Shown piece by piece: positions 7,958-16,241 of a stretch of DNA of 64,000 nt (position 1 is the first letter of the stretch; the number at the start of each line of letters is the position of its first letter). Under the pieces are notes generated by a model, which was given only the letters and a program-made list of their open reading frames with translations, searched no databases and was not told the DNA's origin. Location of the stretch: positions 4,037 to 68,036 of the forward strand of contig JASFNW010000005.1 of the NCBI GenBank assembly GCA_050116835.1. Reading direction: 5' to 3'. The DNA is from Desulfobacterales bacterium. GTDB taxonomy: Bacteria; Desulfobacterota; Desulfobacteria; Desulfobacterales; JAHEIW01. The translations under genes and the position numbers were made by a program.

Positions 7958-7973
7958 TGCAACTATTGTGCCA
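7958..7973 (-). promoter_or_regulatory. Sigma-54 promoter (P1)
   Basis: The minus strand reads TGGCACAATAGTTGCA, which equals the consensus TGGCAC-N5-TTGCA. No ORF follows it; only the hairpin and terminator do. Confidence 0.65.
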
Positions 7974-8515
7974 TTTAGATATAAATAAAGATCGATTTGA
8001 AAATTGACTGCTGACAAAACCGGTATTTACTTTATTAACATGTATTTTCAGTGACTTAAAATACAATCGAGTTTCTTTGATCGTTCCCAACGGATTTTGC
8101 AGATATTTGATCCGTTGTGGCACACTGCACAATTTAGGTTCAAATTTTTGCCTACCCGGCAAATATTTGCATCCTTTTGAAACTGCCATCACCGCAGGAT
8201 CCGGATCCGTCTATTCGCTATCTAACTAAATTAATTTAGAATACCGACAGTAATCGGCTGATTTCCGATACTGGAGTAAAACATTAGGCGCATCATTTTT
8301 TATCAAATTCATCAAAATTGGCACAATTTTGTTCATTTGCAAATTGCGAACAATATTTTTGCATTTTGCGAATTTTAGTCGTCCACTGATCGATTCAGCA
8401 GCGGATTTTCGAAACTAAAGCGGGCATACGAGCACTTTCAACCCACCAATTGTGACGCTAAGTGGATTTAAACATCAAGTTTTGGGCCAAAATTCCGATA
8501 CTATTATAGATTCTT

Positions 8516-9328
8516 ATGTTCAGGGGGTTCATTTGCGATATGGAAGAAGGCATTAAAACCTTATCGGTTTCTCAGGCAGCGGCCCTTTGCGATGTTGGAC
8601 GCACAACCGTTGGATACTGGATTCGTTCCAAAAAGTTGGCTGCCACCCGCCGGGGCAAAAAATATGAAATACCGGTTCAGAATCTGCTTTATTATTTAAA
8701 AGCCAACGGCCAAGAAATACCCGCGCAGCTTGAGAACGAGAATTTAAGCGGGCCGGTTTTTCAATCCTTGCAAAATTGTTGGCAATACCATCGGGACCAT
8801 TCCCATGGCTTGAATTGCCCGCAATGTATCGTCTTCAAAAATAAGCTTCCGGTATGCTTTAGCGCACGCAACGATGGCAAACTCAACTGTACGGGGGGAT
8901 GCCAAAAATGCCGCTATTACCGGGAAGCGTATTATCCGCGGGTTCAGTTCATCTATCAATTCGAAATACCGGCGGCGATTATTAAAGATTTGAATTTCTG
9001 GGCTGGAAACCCGGCGATGGCAGATCTTTGTCAAGTCGGTCAAAAGCATTTGGTGGGGATGGGCATTGAAAAAATCATCCACCCGCGATCCCTGGAACAG
9101 GTCATTTCGTGTGCAAAACGTAAGGCTCTGGGGGATGCGGGGACCCAATCCGAGTGCCGAATCTACATAAAAAACCATCAGGCCGATGGGTTGAAAATAA
9201 AATGCTCGGTCTTTGTCTTAAAACAGCCGCCCGGCGCCTTTTTGATAACGGCCGCACCTGACCTCAGTGATCTTCCGCATTTTCAATATCAGGCATTAAA
9301 CAAATCGGGTGAAGAGTTGGCCCAATGA
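8516..9328 (+). CDS. Excisionase/MerR-type HTH protein with a 7-Cys block and a PAS-like C-terminus
   Basis: The HTH reads LSVSQAAALCDVGRTTVGYWIRSKKL. The Cys block reads CWQYHRDHSHGLNCPQCIVFKNKLPVCFSARNDGKLNCTGGCQKC. The C-terminal roughly 110 aa is PAS-like. The stop overlaps the next gene as ATGA. ATG 8540 is an alternative start. Confidence 0.6.
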   Translation: MFRGFICDMEEGIKTLSVSQAAALCDVGRTTVGYWIRSKKLAATRRGKKYEIPVQNLLYYLKANGQEIPAQLENENLSGPVFQSLQNCWQYHRDHSHGLNCPQCIVFKNKLPVCFSARNDGKLNCTGGCQKCRYYREAYYPRVQFIYQFEIPAAIIKDLNFWAGNPAMADLCQVGQKHLVGMGIEKIIHPRSLEQVISCAKRKALGDAGTQSECRIYIKNHQADGLKIKCSVFVLKQPPGAFLITAAPDLSDLPHFQYQALNKSGEELAQ

Positions 9329-10449
9329 AATGGGGATTAAAAAAAGAAAAGCCTGCGATCATTGAACCGCAAGCGCTACCTGAATGTCTTGAGACCTGCC
9401 CGGAGAAAAATGACTTCTTCCTGTCTGCTATACAAGCGCTTTTACAATTCCTCAACGATTTTGCCCTTGATATCAAAGATCTCAAAAGCGATGCCTTCAA
9501 ACAGCAGCTGGCTGAACTTGAAGCTGAGTTTATGCAGAACGCCAAACTGAAGAAAACAGCCTCGGTTTTCCGCAAGCATAGCAAGCGGATCCGACGGTTT
9601 ATCGATCGGCAGAATCGATATTTGACGGACCGTGAAACGGAGCTTAAAGATATCATCGATTTGCTGGCCAAGGCGATGGTTACCCTGGATATCGACAATC
9701 AGCGATATCATCAGAAGATCTACCGGCAAAGTGAAAAAATCGAGCAATTTACCCGTCTGGACGACATTAAAAAGCTCAAGCAAGCCCTGATCCGTGAAAT
9801 TGAAGATATACGTAAAACCGTGCGCGCAAAGCAGGACCGCGACAGCAGACATCTGAAAAGTCTCTCCAAACAGGTGAGCACCTTAAACCTCGAATTGAAG
9901 AAAGCCAGAGTCGACTCGGTGACCGATGGGCTAACCGGGGTTTTTAACCGTAAAGCCCTTGACAGCCACTTGGATTCTCTGGTCGAACAAAATACCCGGA
10001 CGCCGGCTACATTTGCAGTTCTGATGGTGGACATCGATGATTTCAAGGCCATCAATGACGCCTATGGCCATCCTACCGGCGATCGGGTTCTGCTGGCCCT
10101 GGCTCAGAAATGCCAGGGGCTGATTCGCAATGATGATTTTATCGCGCGTTACGGGGGTGAAGAATTTGTGATCGTGCTATCCAACGCATCGCTAGCCAAT
10201 GCCGCAAAAAAAGCCCAGCGGATCTGCACATCAGTTGGTGATACCCGTTACGCGTTGAGCGACAACCGGGACGTCCATATTCTAAACATCACCGTTTCCA
10301 TCGGCGTTAGCCTTTATCAAGCCGGCGACACGGCCCGATCGGTTATCGCCCGGGCCGATCGAGCCCTTTATCTGGCTAAGCATACCGGCAAAAATCGGGT
10401 GATATCGGAAAAGGAATTGATAACCGACAATGCTGTTAAAGCGCAATGA
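9325..10449 (+). CDS. Diguanylate cyclase (coiled-coil N-terminus plus GGDEF domain)
   Basis: It carries DGLTGVFNRKAL, the active site RYGGEEF, and an RNDD I-site five residues upstream of GGEEF. Confidence 0.9.
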   Translation: MKWGLKKEKPAIIEPQALPECLETCPEKNDFFLSAIQALLQFLNDFALDIKDLKSDAFKQQLAELEAEFMQNAKLKKTASVFRKHSKRIRRFIDRQNRYLTDRETELKDIIDLLAKAMVTLDIDNQRYHQKIYRQSEKIEQFTRLDDIKKLKQALIREIEDIRKTVRAKQDRDSRHLKSLSKQVSTLNLELKKARVDSVTDGLTGVFNRKALDSHLDSLVEQNTRTPATFAVLMVDIDDFKAINDAYGHPTGDRVLLALAQKCQGLIRNDDFIARYGGEEFVIVLSNASLANAAKKAQRICTSVGDTRYALSDNRDVHILNITVSIGVSLYQAGDTARSVIARADRALYLAKHTGKNRVISEKELITDNAVKAQ

Positions 10450-10611
10450 CTTGATACCTGAAGGCAATTTTTACCGCCTAAAATAATCGACCGCTAAAAA
10501 CGATTTAAAGTCATATTTATAATATAAATAATGATTTCAAATATATATAAAGTAATTTAATTGGAATTTATGCTTGCATGATTTTTGCATATTTGTCTCT
10601 GCATCGAATTG

Positions 10612-10712
10612 TGCCGCTTGTCTTAATAATATTCAAAAAAGAATGGCGGCATAAATGTTGCGGCAACAAAAACGTTCCGCAATCGGAACATTTTTTTGAC
10701 AACCACGATAAA
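10612..10712 (+). promoter_or_regulatory. Conserved ~105-nt structured element, copy 2 of 3
   Basis: TGCCGCTTGTCTTAATAATATTCAAAAAAGAATGGCGGCATAAATGTTGCGGCAACAAAAACGTTCCGCAATCGGAACATTTTTTTGACAACCACGATAAAACC lies 36 nt upstream of the ATG at 10748. Confidence 0.5.
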
Positions 10713-10747
10713 ACCGATATCCATATTCAGAAGCAAGGATTCATACC

Positions 10748-11212
10748 ATGAAAATTGATGGCAACAATGACATTGGACGCAGCGCATATGCTGATCAATC
10801 AGCACCCGAAAAAGCAACTTCGGCGGACGAATTTAAAAAGATCCTCAAAGCATCTGTGGATCGTTCTAAAACGCAAGCGACCACAGTTCAGACCGCTCCC
10901 CCGCCGAACCCCTTGGGCACGATTCGATTTACGCCGCTATCGCCTGAGGCCAGAGGGACAACCGTCGATCGTCTTGATAACCTGCTAAGTTTACTTGATC
11001 AATATCGAAACCAGCTGGCAGATCCAAAGGTGACCCTGCGACAGATTGAACCGCTCTTGAAAACGATTGCCAAAGAAAAAGAGCAGCTGACGGCAACGCT
11101 GGAAACCATGCCCGACGAAGAAGGTCTCAAGAATATTGTTCATCGCGCCCTGATTACCACATCCCTGGAAGTTGTGAAATTTAACAGGGGTGATTACAAC
11201 CCGGTCGATTGA
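10748..11212 (+). CDS. Hypothetical 154-aa protein in flagellar context (possibly FlbF/DUF327-like)
   Basis: It starts MKIDGNNDIG, has a helical C-terminal half, and has an AAGGA RBS. Its size and start are reminiscent of small flagellar-operon proteins, but I cannot place it securely. Confidence 0.45.
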   Translation: MKIDGNNDIGRSAYADQSAPEKATSADEFKKILKASVDRSKTQATTVQTAPPPNPLGTIRFTPLSPEARGTTVDRLDNLLSLLDQYRNQLADPKVTLRQIEPLLKTIAKEKEQLTATLETMPDEEGLKNIVHRALITTSLEVVKFNRGDYNPVD

Positions 11213-11228
11213 TATCACGGCGTAGAAG

Positions 11229-12137
11229 ATGCATGCATGTTCCAGCGATCAGTCGTCGTATTTAATACGAATTGAGGCCTATGTTGCCCGGATGCCGAGT
11301 CTATCGACAACCGCAACAAAGGTGCTCGCAACATGTAACGATCCACAAGCTTCACCCAATGATCTGAATCGCTTAATTTCGCTGGATCCGGTGCTCGCCG
11401 GCCAGGTCCTGCGGCTGATCAACTCCGCTTATTATTCACTCAGCCACCCGATTTCTTCGCTAACCCGTGCCATCATCATGCTGGGGGTAAACACCGTTAA
11501 AAATCTGGTGTTAAGCTTTGCGATTCTGCAGCAGTTACCGATGGCAAGATCATTCGGGACCCTATCGCCGGTTATATTTTGGGAACACTCCGTTGCTGTC
11601 GGTGTAATTGCCAAATGGCTGGCCGAGTTTAAAGGGGTGCACCTGATCGATCAGGAGGACTATTTTGTGGCGGGGCTTTTGCACGATTTGGGTAAAATAC
11701 CGCTCAACCACCAGTTTGCCGATGAAACCCGGCAGGCGATGGCGTTGGCCAGACAACATCGCTGGTCAGCGGTTCATGCTGAACGCATCATCTTTGGCTT
11801 CGATCATAGTGTGGTCGGCGGTCTGATTGCCCGCAAATGGCGTTTGAGCCCGGCCTTCGTTGATGTGCTCGCCTATCACCATCGACCTGCAGAATCTCCG
11901 GACAACAGCCCTCAGCTGGTATTTATGGTCGCATTGGCCGATCTTTATGCGTGGATGCTGGAAAACGATTCGGATGAAGACACATTGGCCCATGACAAAT
12001 TTGCAGCATCCGTTATGGCGCGGGTCGGCCTGGATGCGTCTACCTTGGCACAAGTACGGGATACCGTGCTTGCCGAAATCGATCGCGCGAAAATATTTTT
12101 AGAAATCTCTCAAAGGAAGCCCGGTCATGATCGTTAA
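11229..12137 (+). CDS. HDOD domain protein (paralogue 4)
   Basis: It carries LISLDPVLAGQVLRLINSAYYSLSHPISSLTRAIIMLGVNTVKNL...GLLHDLGKI...GFDHSVVGG. ATG 11292 is an alternative start. Confidence 0.8.
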   Translation: MHACSSDQSSYLIRIEAYVARMPSLSTTATKVLATCNDPQASPNDLNRLISLDPVLAGQVLRLINSAYYSLSHPISSLTRAIIMLGVNTVKNLVLSFAILQQLPMARSFGTLSPVIFWEHSVAVGVIAKWLAEFKGVHLIDQEDYFVAGLLHDLGKIPLNHQFADETRQAMALARQHRWSAVHAERIIFGFDHSVVGGLIARKWRLSPAFVDVLAYHHRPAESPDNSPQLVFMVALADLYAWMLENDSDEDTLAHDKFAASVMARVGLDASTLAQVRDTVLAEIDRAKIFLEISQRKPGHDR

Positions 12138-13044
12138 ATTTTGGGGCGTGCGGGGATCCATACCAACCCCGGGGACTGACACCGTCAGATATGGCGGCAA
12201 CACGGTATGTATCGAAATGATTTTCGCTGATGTTCACAGGCGTATTGTTATTGATGCAGGCTCCGGCCTGCGCCTGCTGGGCGATCACCTGCTGGCCGAA
12301 AAAACCGCCGGCAATGCATTTCAAACCGATATTTTTTTAACCCACACCCACCTGGATCACATCATCGGATTTCCCTTTTTTACGCCCATTTTTATGCCCG
12401 ACACCCGTCTGAGGGTATACGGACCGGTAACATGTGAGACGGAATCCCTGGAAACCGTCATCGGCGGGCAGCTGTCCTATCGTTATTTCCCGGTCCGCCA
12501 GCAGGAGCTGGCCGCTCACATTGATTATATCAATCTGGCGGAGGGCTGTTTTGACCTGGGAGATGATATCCGTTTAACGACCAAATATCTGAATCACCCA
12601 CTTCTGTGTCTCGGACTGCGGTTTGAATACCACGGCCAGGTCTGCTGTACCGCCTATGACACCGAACCCTTTCAAAATCTGTTTGTCACCGATCCCCAGG
12701 ACCCGGCCTTTGATACCCTTATGGCCCATCAAGGCGAGGCGGCTGCCAGAGAGGAAAATCAGCGTATGGCCGAATATTTTGCAGATGCGGACCTGCTCAT
12801 TCATGATGCTCAATATACACAACAGGAATATGAGGCGTCGCGCAAGGGCTGGGGGCACTCACCGATGGAGTCCGTGATACAGGCGGCACGGCAATCTGGC
12901 GTCAGGATGCTGGCGCTTTTTCACCACGATCCCATGCGAACCGACGTCCAATTGGATGAATTGACAGAATTGTTGTGTGATCGCAGGCATACCGGGGACA
13001 CCGATGTTTTTTTTGCCCGGGAGGGCATGCAGGTTAAGATTTAG
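12127..13044 (+). CDS. MBL-fold metallo-hydrolase
   Basis: It carries the THTHLDHIIGF metal-binding motif and later HD/HH residues. It overlaps the HDOD gene by 11 nt. Confidence 0.8.
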   Translation: MIVKFWGVRGSIPTPGTDTVRYGGNTVCIEMIFADVHRRIVIDAGSGLRLLGDHLLAEKTAGNAFQTDIFLTHTHLDHIIGFPFFTPIFMPDTRLRVYGPVTCETESLETVIGGQLSYRYFPVRQQELAAHIDYINLAEGCFDLGDDIRLTTKYLNHPLLCLGLRFEYHGQVCCTAYDTEPFQNLFVTDPQDPAFDTLMAHQGEAAAREENQRMAEYFADADLLIHDAQYTQQEYEASRKGWGHSPMESVIQAARQSGVRMLALFHHDPMRTDVQLDELTELLCDRRHTGDTDVFFAREGMQVKI

Positions 13045-13046
13045 CA

Positions 13047-13143
13047 AATTTAAAATGTGCTAAAATGCCTAAAGTGCCTAAAATTTAAAATCGTACTTGC
13101 GCTGTATTTTGATTTTAGACATTTTAGGCAGTTTTAATTTTAG
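13047..13143. repeat. Long imperfect dyad built from CCTAAAAT(G) units
   Basis: The left arm ctaaaatgcctaaagtgcctaaaatttaaaatc pairs with the right arm gattttagacattttaggcagttttaattttag in three blocks. Confidence 0.65.
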
Positions 13144-13150
13144 TCACGCT

Positions 13151-13879
13151 TCAAAGGTCTACCGGTAGCCGATGGCGTAAGTACTGCCTTTGCAATTCAT
13201 AGATCAGGTCGGTCAAGCGCTTCTTTTCGTTATCGCTGATCTCACAGAACTCGAGACCCAACTCATAACGGTTTGCCGGTGGCTTTTGTTCGATGCGCTT
13301 TATTTCGAGGGATCGAATGTGTATCGGCTCCCGCATGACTTCCGCTGGGAATAACAGAGCAACATCTTCTAACCGCTGGGCCACCGCAAGCGGTGAATTT
13401 TCGGGCATGTCGGTGCGGGTTTGAGCCCATGCAGCCAGCGAGCCGCCGATACTGATATTCATGACTTCCAGTTCGAGTCGATTTCCATCTTTTGAAAAAT
13501 GGATACATGTGCCTTCGGGTGCGTCGATTCGAAAAAGCTCTCTTCGCTGGCGTCGCTCTATTTCTTGCGGTACTTTCAGGTAGATGCAGTTGTCCGCCAT
13601 TTCGCCGACGACTGTTGTGAAGGCATATTTGATCCGATCCAGTCCGCTAAATTCAAATCGTATCTGCCACACCTTCAAATCGGCAGCAGCTTTTTCAAAT
13701 CCCTCCGGATTGTCGATAACCAAGTAGGGAGTTTGTTTATGATCCGCCATTCTGCGAATCCGAGTCAGATTTTCATATTCGGTATCGATAAGGATTAGTT
13801 TGATGAGGGTTTTATGCTGGATAAGGGTGTCCAATAATGCGGTGATAGCACTGCCCGTAATGATTTCAAAATCGGCCAT
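13151..13879 (-). CDS. PilZ domain c-di-GMP receptor with an N-terminal YcgR-like domain
   Basis: It has RRQRRELFRI (RxxxR) and NISIGG (D/NxSxxG). The start MADFEI at 13879 was chosen. The ORF-track extension to 14053 overlaps the receiver gene. Confidence 0.8.
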   Translation of the reverse strand: MADFEIITGSAITALLDTLIQHKTLIKLILIDTEYENLTRIRRMADHKQTPYLVIDNPEGFEKAAADLKVWQIRFEFSGLDRIKYAFTTVVGEMADNCIYLKVPQEIERRQRRELFRIDAPEGTCIHFSKDGNRLELEVMNISIGGSLAAWAQTRTDMPENSPLAVAQRLEDVALLFPAEVMREPIHIRSLEIKRIEQKPPANRYELGLEFCEISDNEKKRLTDLIYELQRQYLRHRLPVDL

Positions 13880-13899
13880 GGCTCTTGCTGTCTGCACGC

Positions 13900-14349
13900 T
13901 TAAAGTTTTGCGACACTGTCGGCATATGAAGGATCCTGCAACAGTTTTTTGGCAAAGTCCAGGTATTTGCCGGTGATGGCCCGGACTGCCAGCTGCAGTG
14001 CATAAGGTTTTATCGGTTTTTCCAGCAGATAATTCACCCGTGATGCCAAACACATATTGACGACATCGTCACTGGCATTTCCGCTAATGATAATTGCATC
14101 CTCATGGGCGCTCGGATATTTTTTTTCAATCGCATCCAGAAAGGAGAACCCACTCAGACCGCCCAGAAATACATCGATGATAAAAATGGCGACGCCAACT
14201 TCACGCTGCAGGCAATGATCGATGGCTTCGTCGGCGTTTGTGAAGGCAATGATATTGCCCCAGTTGTAGAAGGTTTCGACCAGTTCGCTGATGACATCAC
14301 AAATGCCTTTGTCATCATCGATGATAATGACATCTAAACCATCCGACAT
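13900..14349 (-). CDS. Single-domain response regulator receiver
   Basis: It carries VIIIDDD...FIIDVFLGGLSG...EKPIK. A GGAGGA RBS lies 6 nt before ATG 14349. Confidence 0.85.
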   Translation of the reverse strand: MSDGLDVIIIDDDKGICDVISELVETFYNWGNIIAFTNADEAIDHCLQREVGVAIFIIDVFLGGLSGFSFLDAIEKKYPSAHEDAIIISGNASDDVVNMCLASRVNYLLEKPIKPYALQLAVRAITGKYLDFAKKLLQDPSYADSVAKL

Positions 14350-14424
14350 GTTTCTTCCTCCCATCGGTACTCAAATTTTTGCAGCTTGACCTGGCTAGGG
14401 GCTAGGGCATACTCCTGCCGGGTT

Positions 14425-15825
14425 TTACATTTCACCATCCGCCCGGCCTTCCAGTTTGTATTTTTCAATTTTGCGGTACACAGTTGAGACGTTTACACCC
14501 AGTATTTTGGCTGCCTTGGGGCGGTTTCCGTCCGTAATACTCAACACTTTTTCAATGTGCCGTTTTTCGAGTTCTTCCAGCGTTAACAATTCCACGTTTT
14601 TGCGTCGCTCCGGGCCCTCATAGGGCAGCAGGTTTAGCGTTGCTTCCAGGGTCAGAGTGTCTGATTTTTCCAGCAACACGGCGGCTGCAATGATGTTCTC
14701 CAATTCGCGCACATTGCCTGGGAAAGAATACTGCATCAGCCGTTGCTCCAGATCCGGTGATAGGGTACGGATATATTTGTCGTTTGCGCGGGCATGGATT
14801 TTGAGAAAATGCCGGGCAATCGGCAGGATATCTTTTTTTCTTTCCCTAATTGGCGGCACGTTTATGTTGTACATATTGATGCGGTAATAAAGGTCCGCCC
14901 GAAATTTGCCTTTAAGGATTTCCTCGTTGATATCTTTATTGGTGGCGGCAATGATGCGCACATCCACATTGCGAATTTCGGTGCTGCCCAGGCGATAGAG
15001 TTCACGCTCCTCGATAACGCGCAATAGTTTGCCCTGAAGTGACGGATCCAATTCAGTGATTTCATCTAAAAACAGGGTGCCGCCGTTGGCAGCCTCGAAA
15101 AACCCGATTTTTTCATTCCCCGCATCTGTATAGGCGCCTTTGGCATGCCCGAAAAATTCGTCTTCAAATATCGTTTTGCTGAAGGAGGCCATGTTAACAG
15201 CGTAAAATGGCGCATTGGAACGGTTGCTCAATTGATGAATAACGCGCGCCAGCATTTCTTTGCCGGTGCCGGATTCGCCGTTGATTATAACGCTGTAATC
15301 GGTTCCAGCAACGGCTTCCACCTGATGAAATACCAGGGCCATAGCTTCATCTTCGGCGACGATACCCGCAAATGCAGTCGGGTTCTTAAGATTTGAAAAT
15401 ACCTTCTTGCTGCCGAACTGCGCCAAATCATGCTGCACGGTTATCTTTTCAAGCGTGCGGTTGACAAGCGCGATCAGTTTATCGCTGTTAAGCGGTTTGA
15501 CCAAATAGTCTGAAGCGCCCAGGCTCATGGCTTGCACGGCAGATGCAACGTCATCAATGGCACTGACAATCACACAGTCGATATCGGGAGCTTCTGCTTT
15601 GATGGTCTGAAGCACTTCCATTCCCGACAACTGCGGCATCATGAGATCCAGTAAAATCAATTGAAAATCATGTTTGCGAACCAGATCCATGACCCGCTGG
15701 CTGTCGGAAACCAAAGCGGGCTCCGGCAGATCCGAAGAGACCAGCGTCGCTTTAATACTCAATAACAGACCTTCATCATCATCTACGACCAGGACCGGGC
15801 TTTTTTTCTGCGGAATTGATTCCAT
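14425..15825 (-). CDS. Sigma-54-dependent response regulator (REC-AAA+-Fis HTH, NtrC family)
   Basis: The REC domain reads VLVVDDDEG...LLDLMMP. The Walker A motif is GESGTGKE. The GAFTGA-type loop reads FGHAKGAYTDA. The C-terminal HTH reads AAKILGVNVSTVYRKI. Confidence 0.9.
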   Translation of the reverse strand: MESIPQKKSPVLVVDDDEGLLLSIKATLVSSDLPEPALVSDSQRVMDLVRKHDFQLILLDLMMPQLSGMEVLQTIKAEAPDIDCVIVSAIDDVASAVQAMSLGASDYLVKPLNSDKLIALVNRTLEKITVQHDLAQFGSKKVFSNLKNPTAFAGIVAEDEAMALVFHQVEAVAGTDYSVIINGESGTGKEMLARVIHQLSNRSNAPFYAVNMASFSKTIFEDEFFGHAKGAYTDAGNEKIGFFEAANGGTLFLDEITELDPSLQGKLLRVIEERELYRLGSTEIRNVDVRIIAATNKDINEEILKGKFRADLYYRINMYNINVPPIRERKKDILPIARHFLKIHARANDKYIRTLSPDLEQRLMQYSFPGNVRELENIIAAAVLLEKSDTLTLEATLNLLPYEGPERRKNVELLTLEELEKRHIEKVLSITDGNRPKAAKILGVNVSTVYRKIEKYKLEGRADGEM

Positions 15826-16203
15826 AAATTTATAAAATAATGATATTTTTCGTGTTCACCGGCAATCGTGCGCGAGGCTTGAATGGTGCCGACATTCAGG
15901 TGTGCGCGGTCATGATATTTTTTGAAATGCACGCATCGGAGAAATGAAACAATACGAGACACTTCCGATACCATTTATGTTAAATTGAAATGTGAAAACA
16001 GTCAATGTTTTTCTATTGAAGTGAAACGTAACTTATTAATATTACCCTATTTACTGTTTATTTGCAAATTGCAACAGCCGTAGCTGCGTTCTTCGTTATC
16101 GGTTATTGGTTTTGGCGGTCTTTGATAATTCAATCAGGCGCCCACTTAATAAAATTGAATCACCAGCTAAGCATCGATCCAATTAACAAACGACCCTCAC
16201 TGG

Positions 16204-16236
16204 ATAACTGATAACCCATAACAAATAACGCATAAC
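16204..16236. repeat. Five phased ATAAC units (period exactly 7)
   Basis: ATAAC starts at 16204, 16211, 16218, 16225 and 16232. Two inverted GTTAT units, also period 7, start at 16095 and 16102. Confidence 0.8.
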
Positions 16237-16241
16237 GGTTC

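Noticed and set aside
7782-8192. 136-aa ORF on the minus strand in the long intergenic region
   Set aside because: It runs straight through a consensus sigma-54 promoter, two hairpins and an intrinsic terminator. It has odd composition and no RBS. It is best explained as a chance ORF in regulatory DNA.
8319-8334. TTGGCACAATTTTGTTC on the plus strand as a sigma-54 promoter for the HTH gene
   Set aside because: The -24 element is good, but the positions that should read TTGC read TGTT, so GG-N10-GC spacing is not satisfied.
13880-14053. Long N-terminal extensions offered by the ORF track, here and at 1284, 30699, 31686, 45312, 18764 and 19806
   Set aside because: The extensions overlap the upstream gene or the tRNA and lack an RBS. 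Internal ATGs with good SD sequences and homologous N-termini were preferred.
15877-15891. CGGCACCATTCAAGC (minus strand) as a sigma-54 promoter for the NtrC-type regulator gene
   Set aside because: The GG-N10-GC spacing is correct, but the -12 region is AAGC rather than TTGC. That is too weak to call as a feature. It is mentioned only as context.
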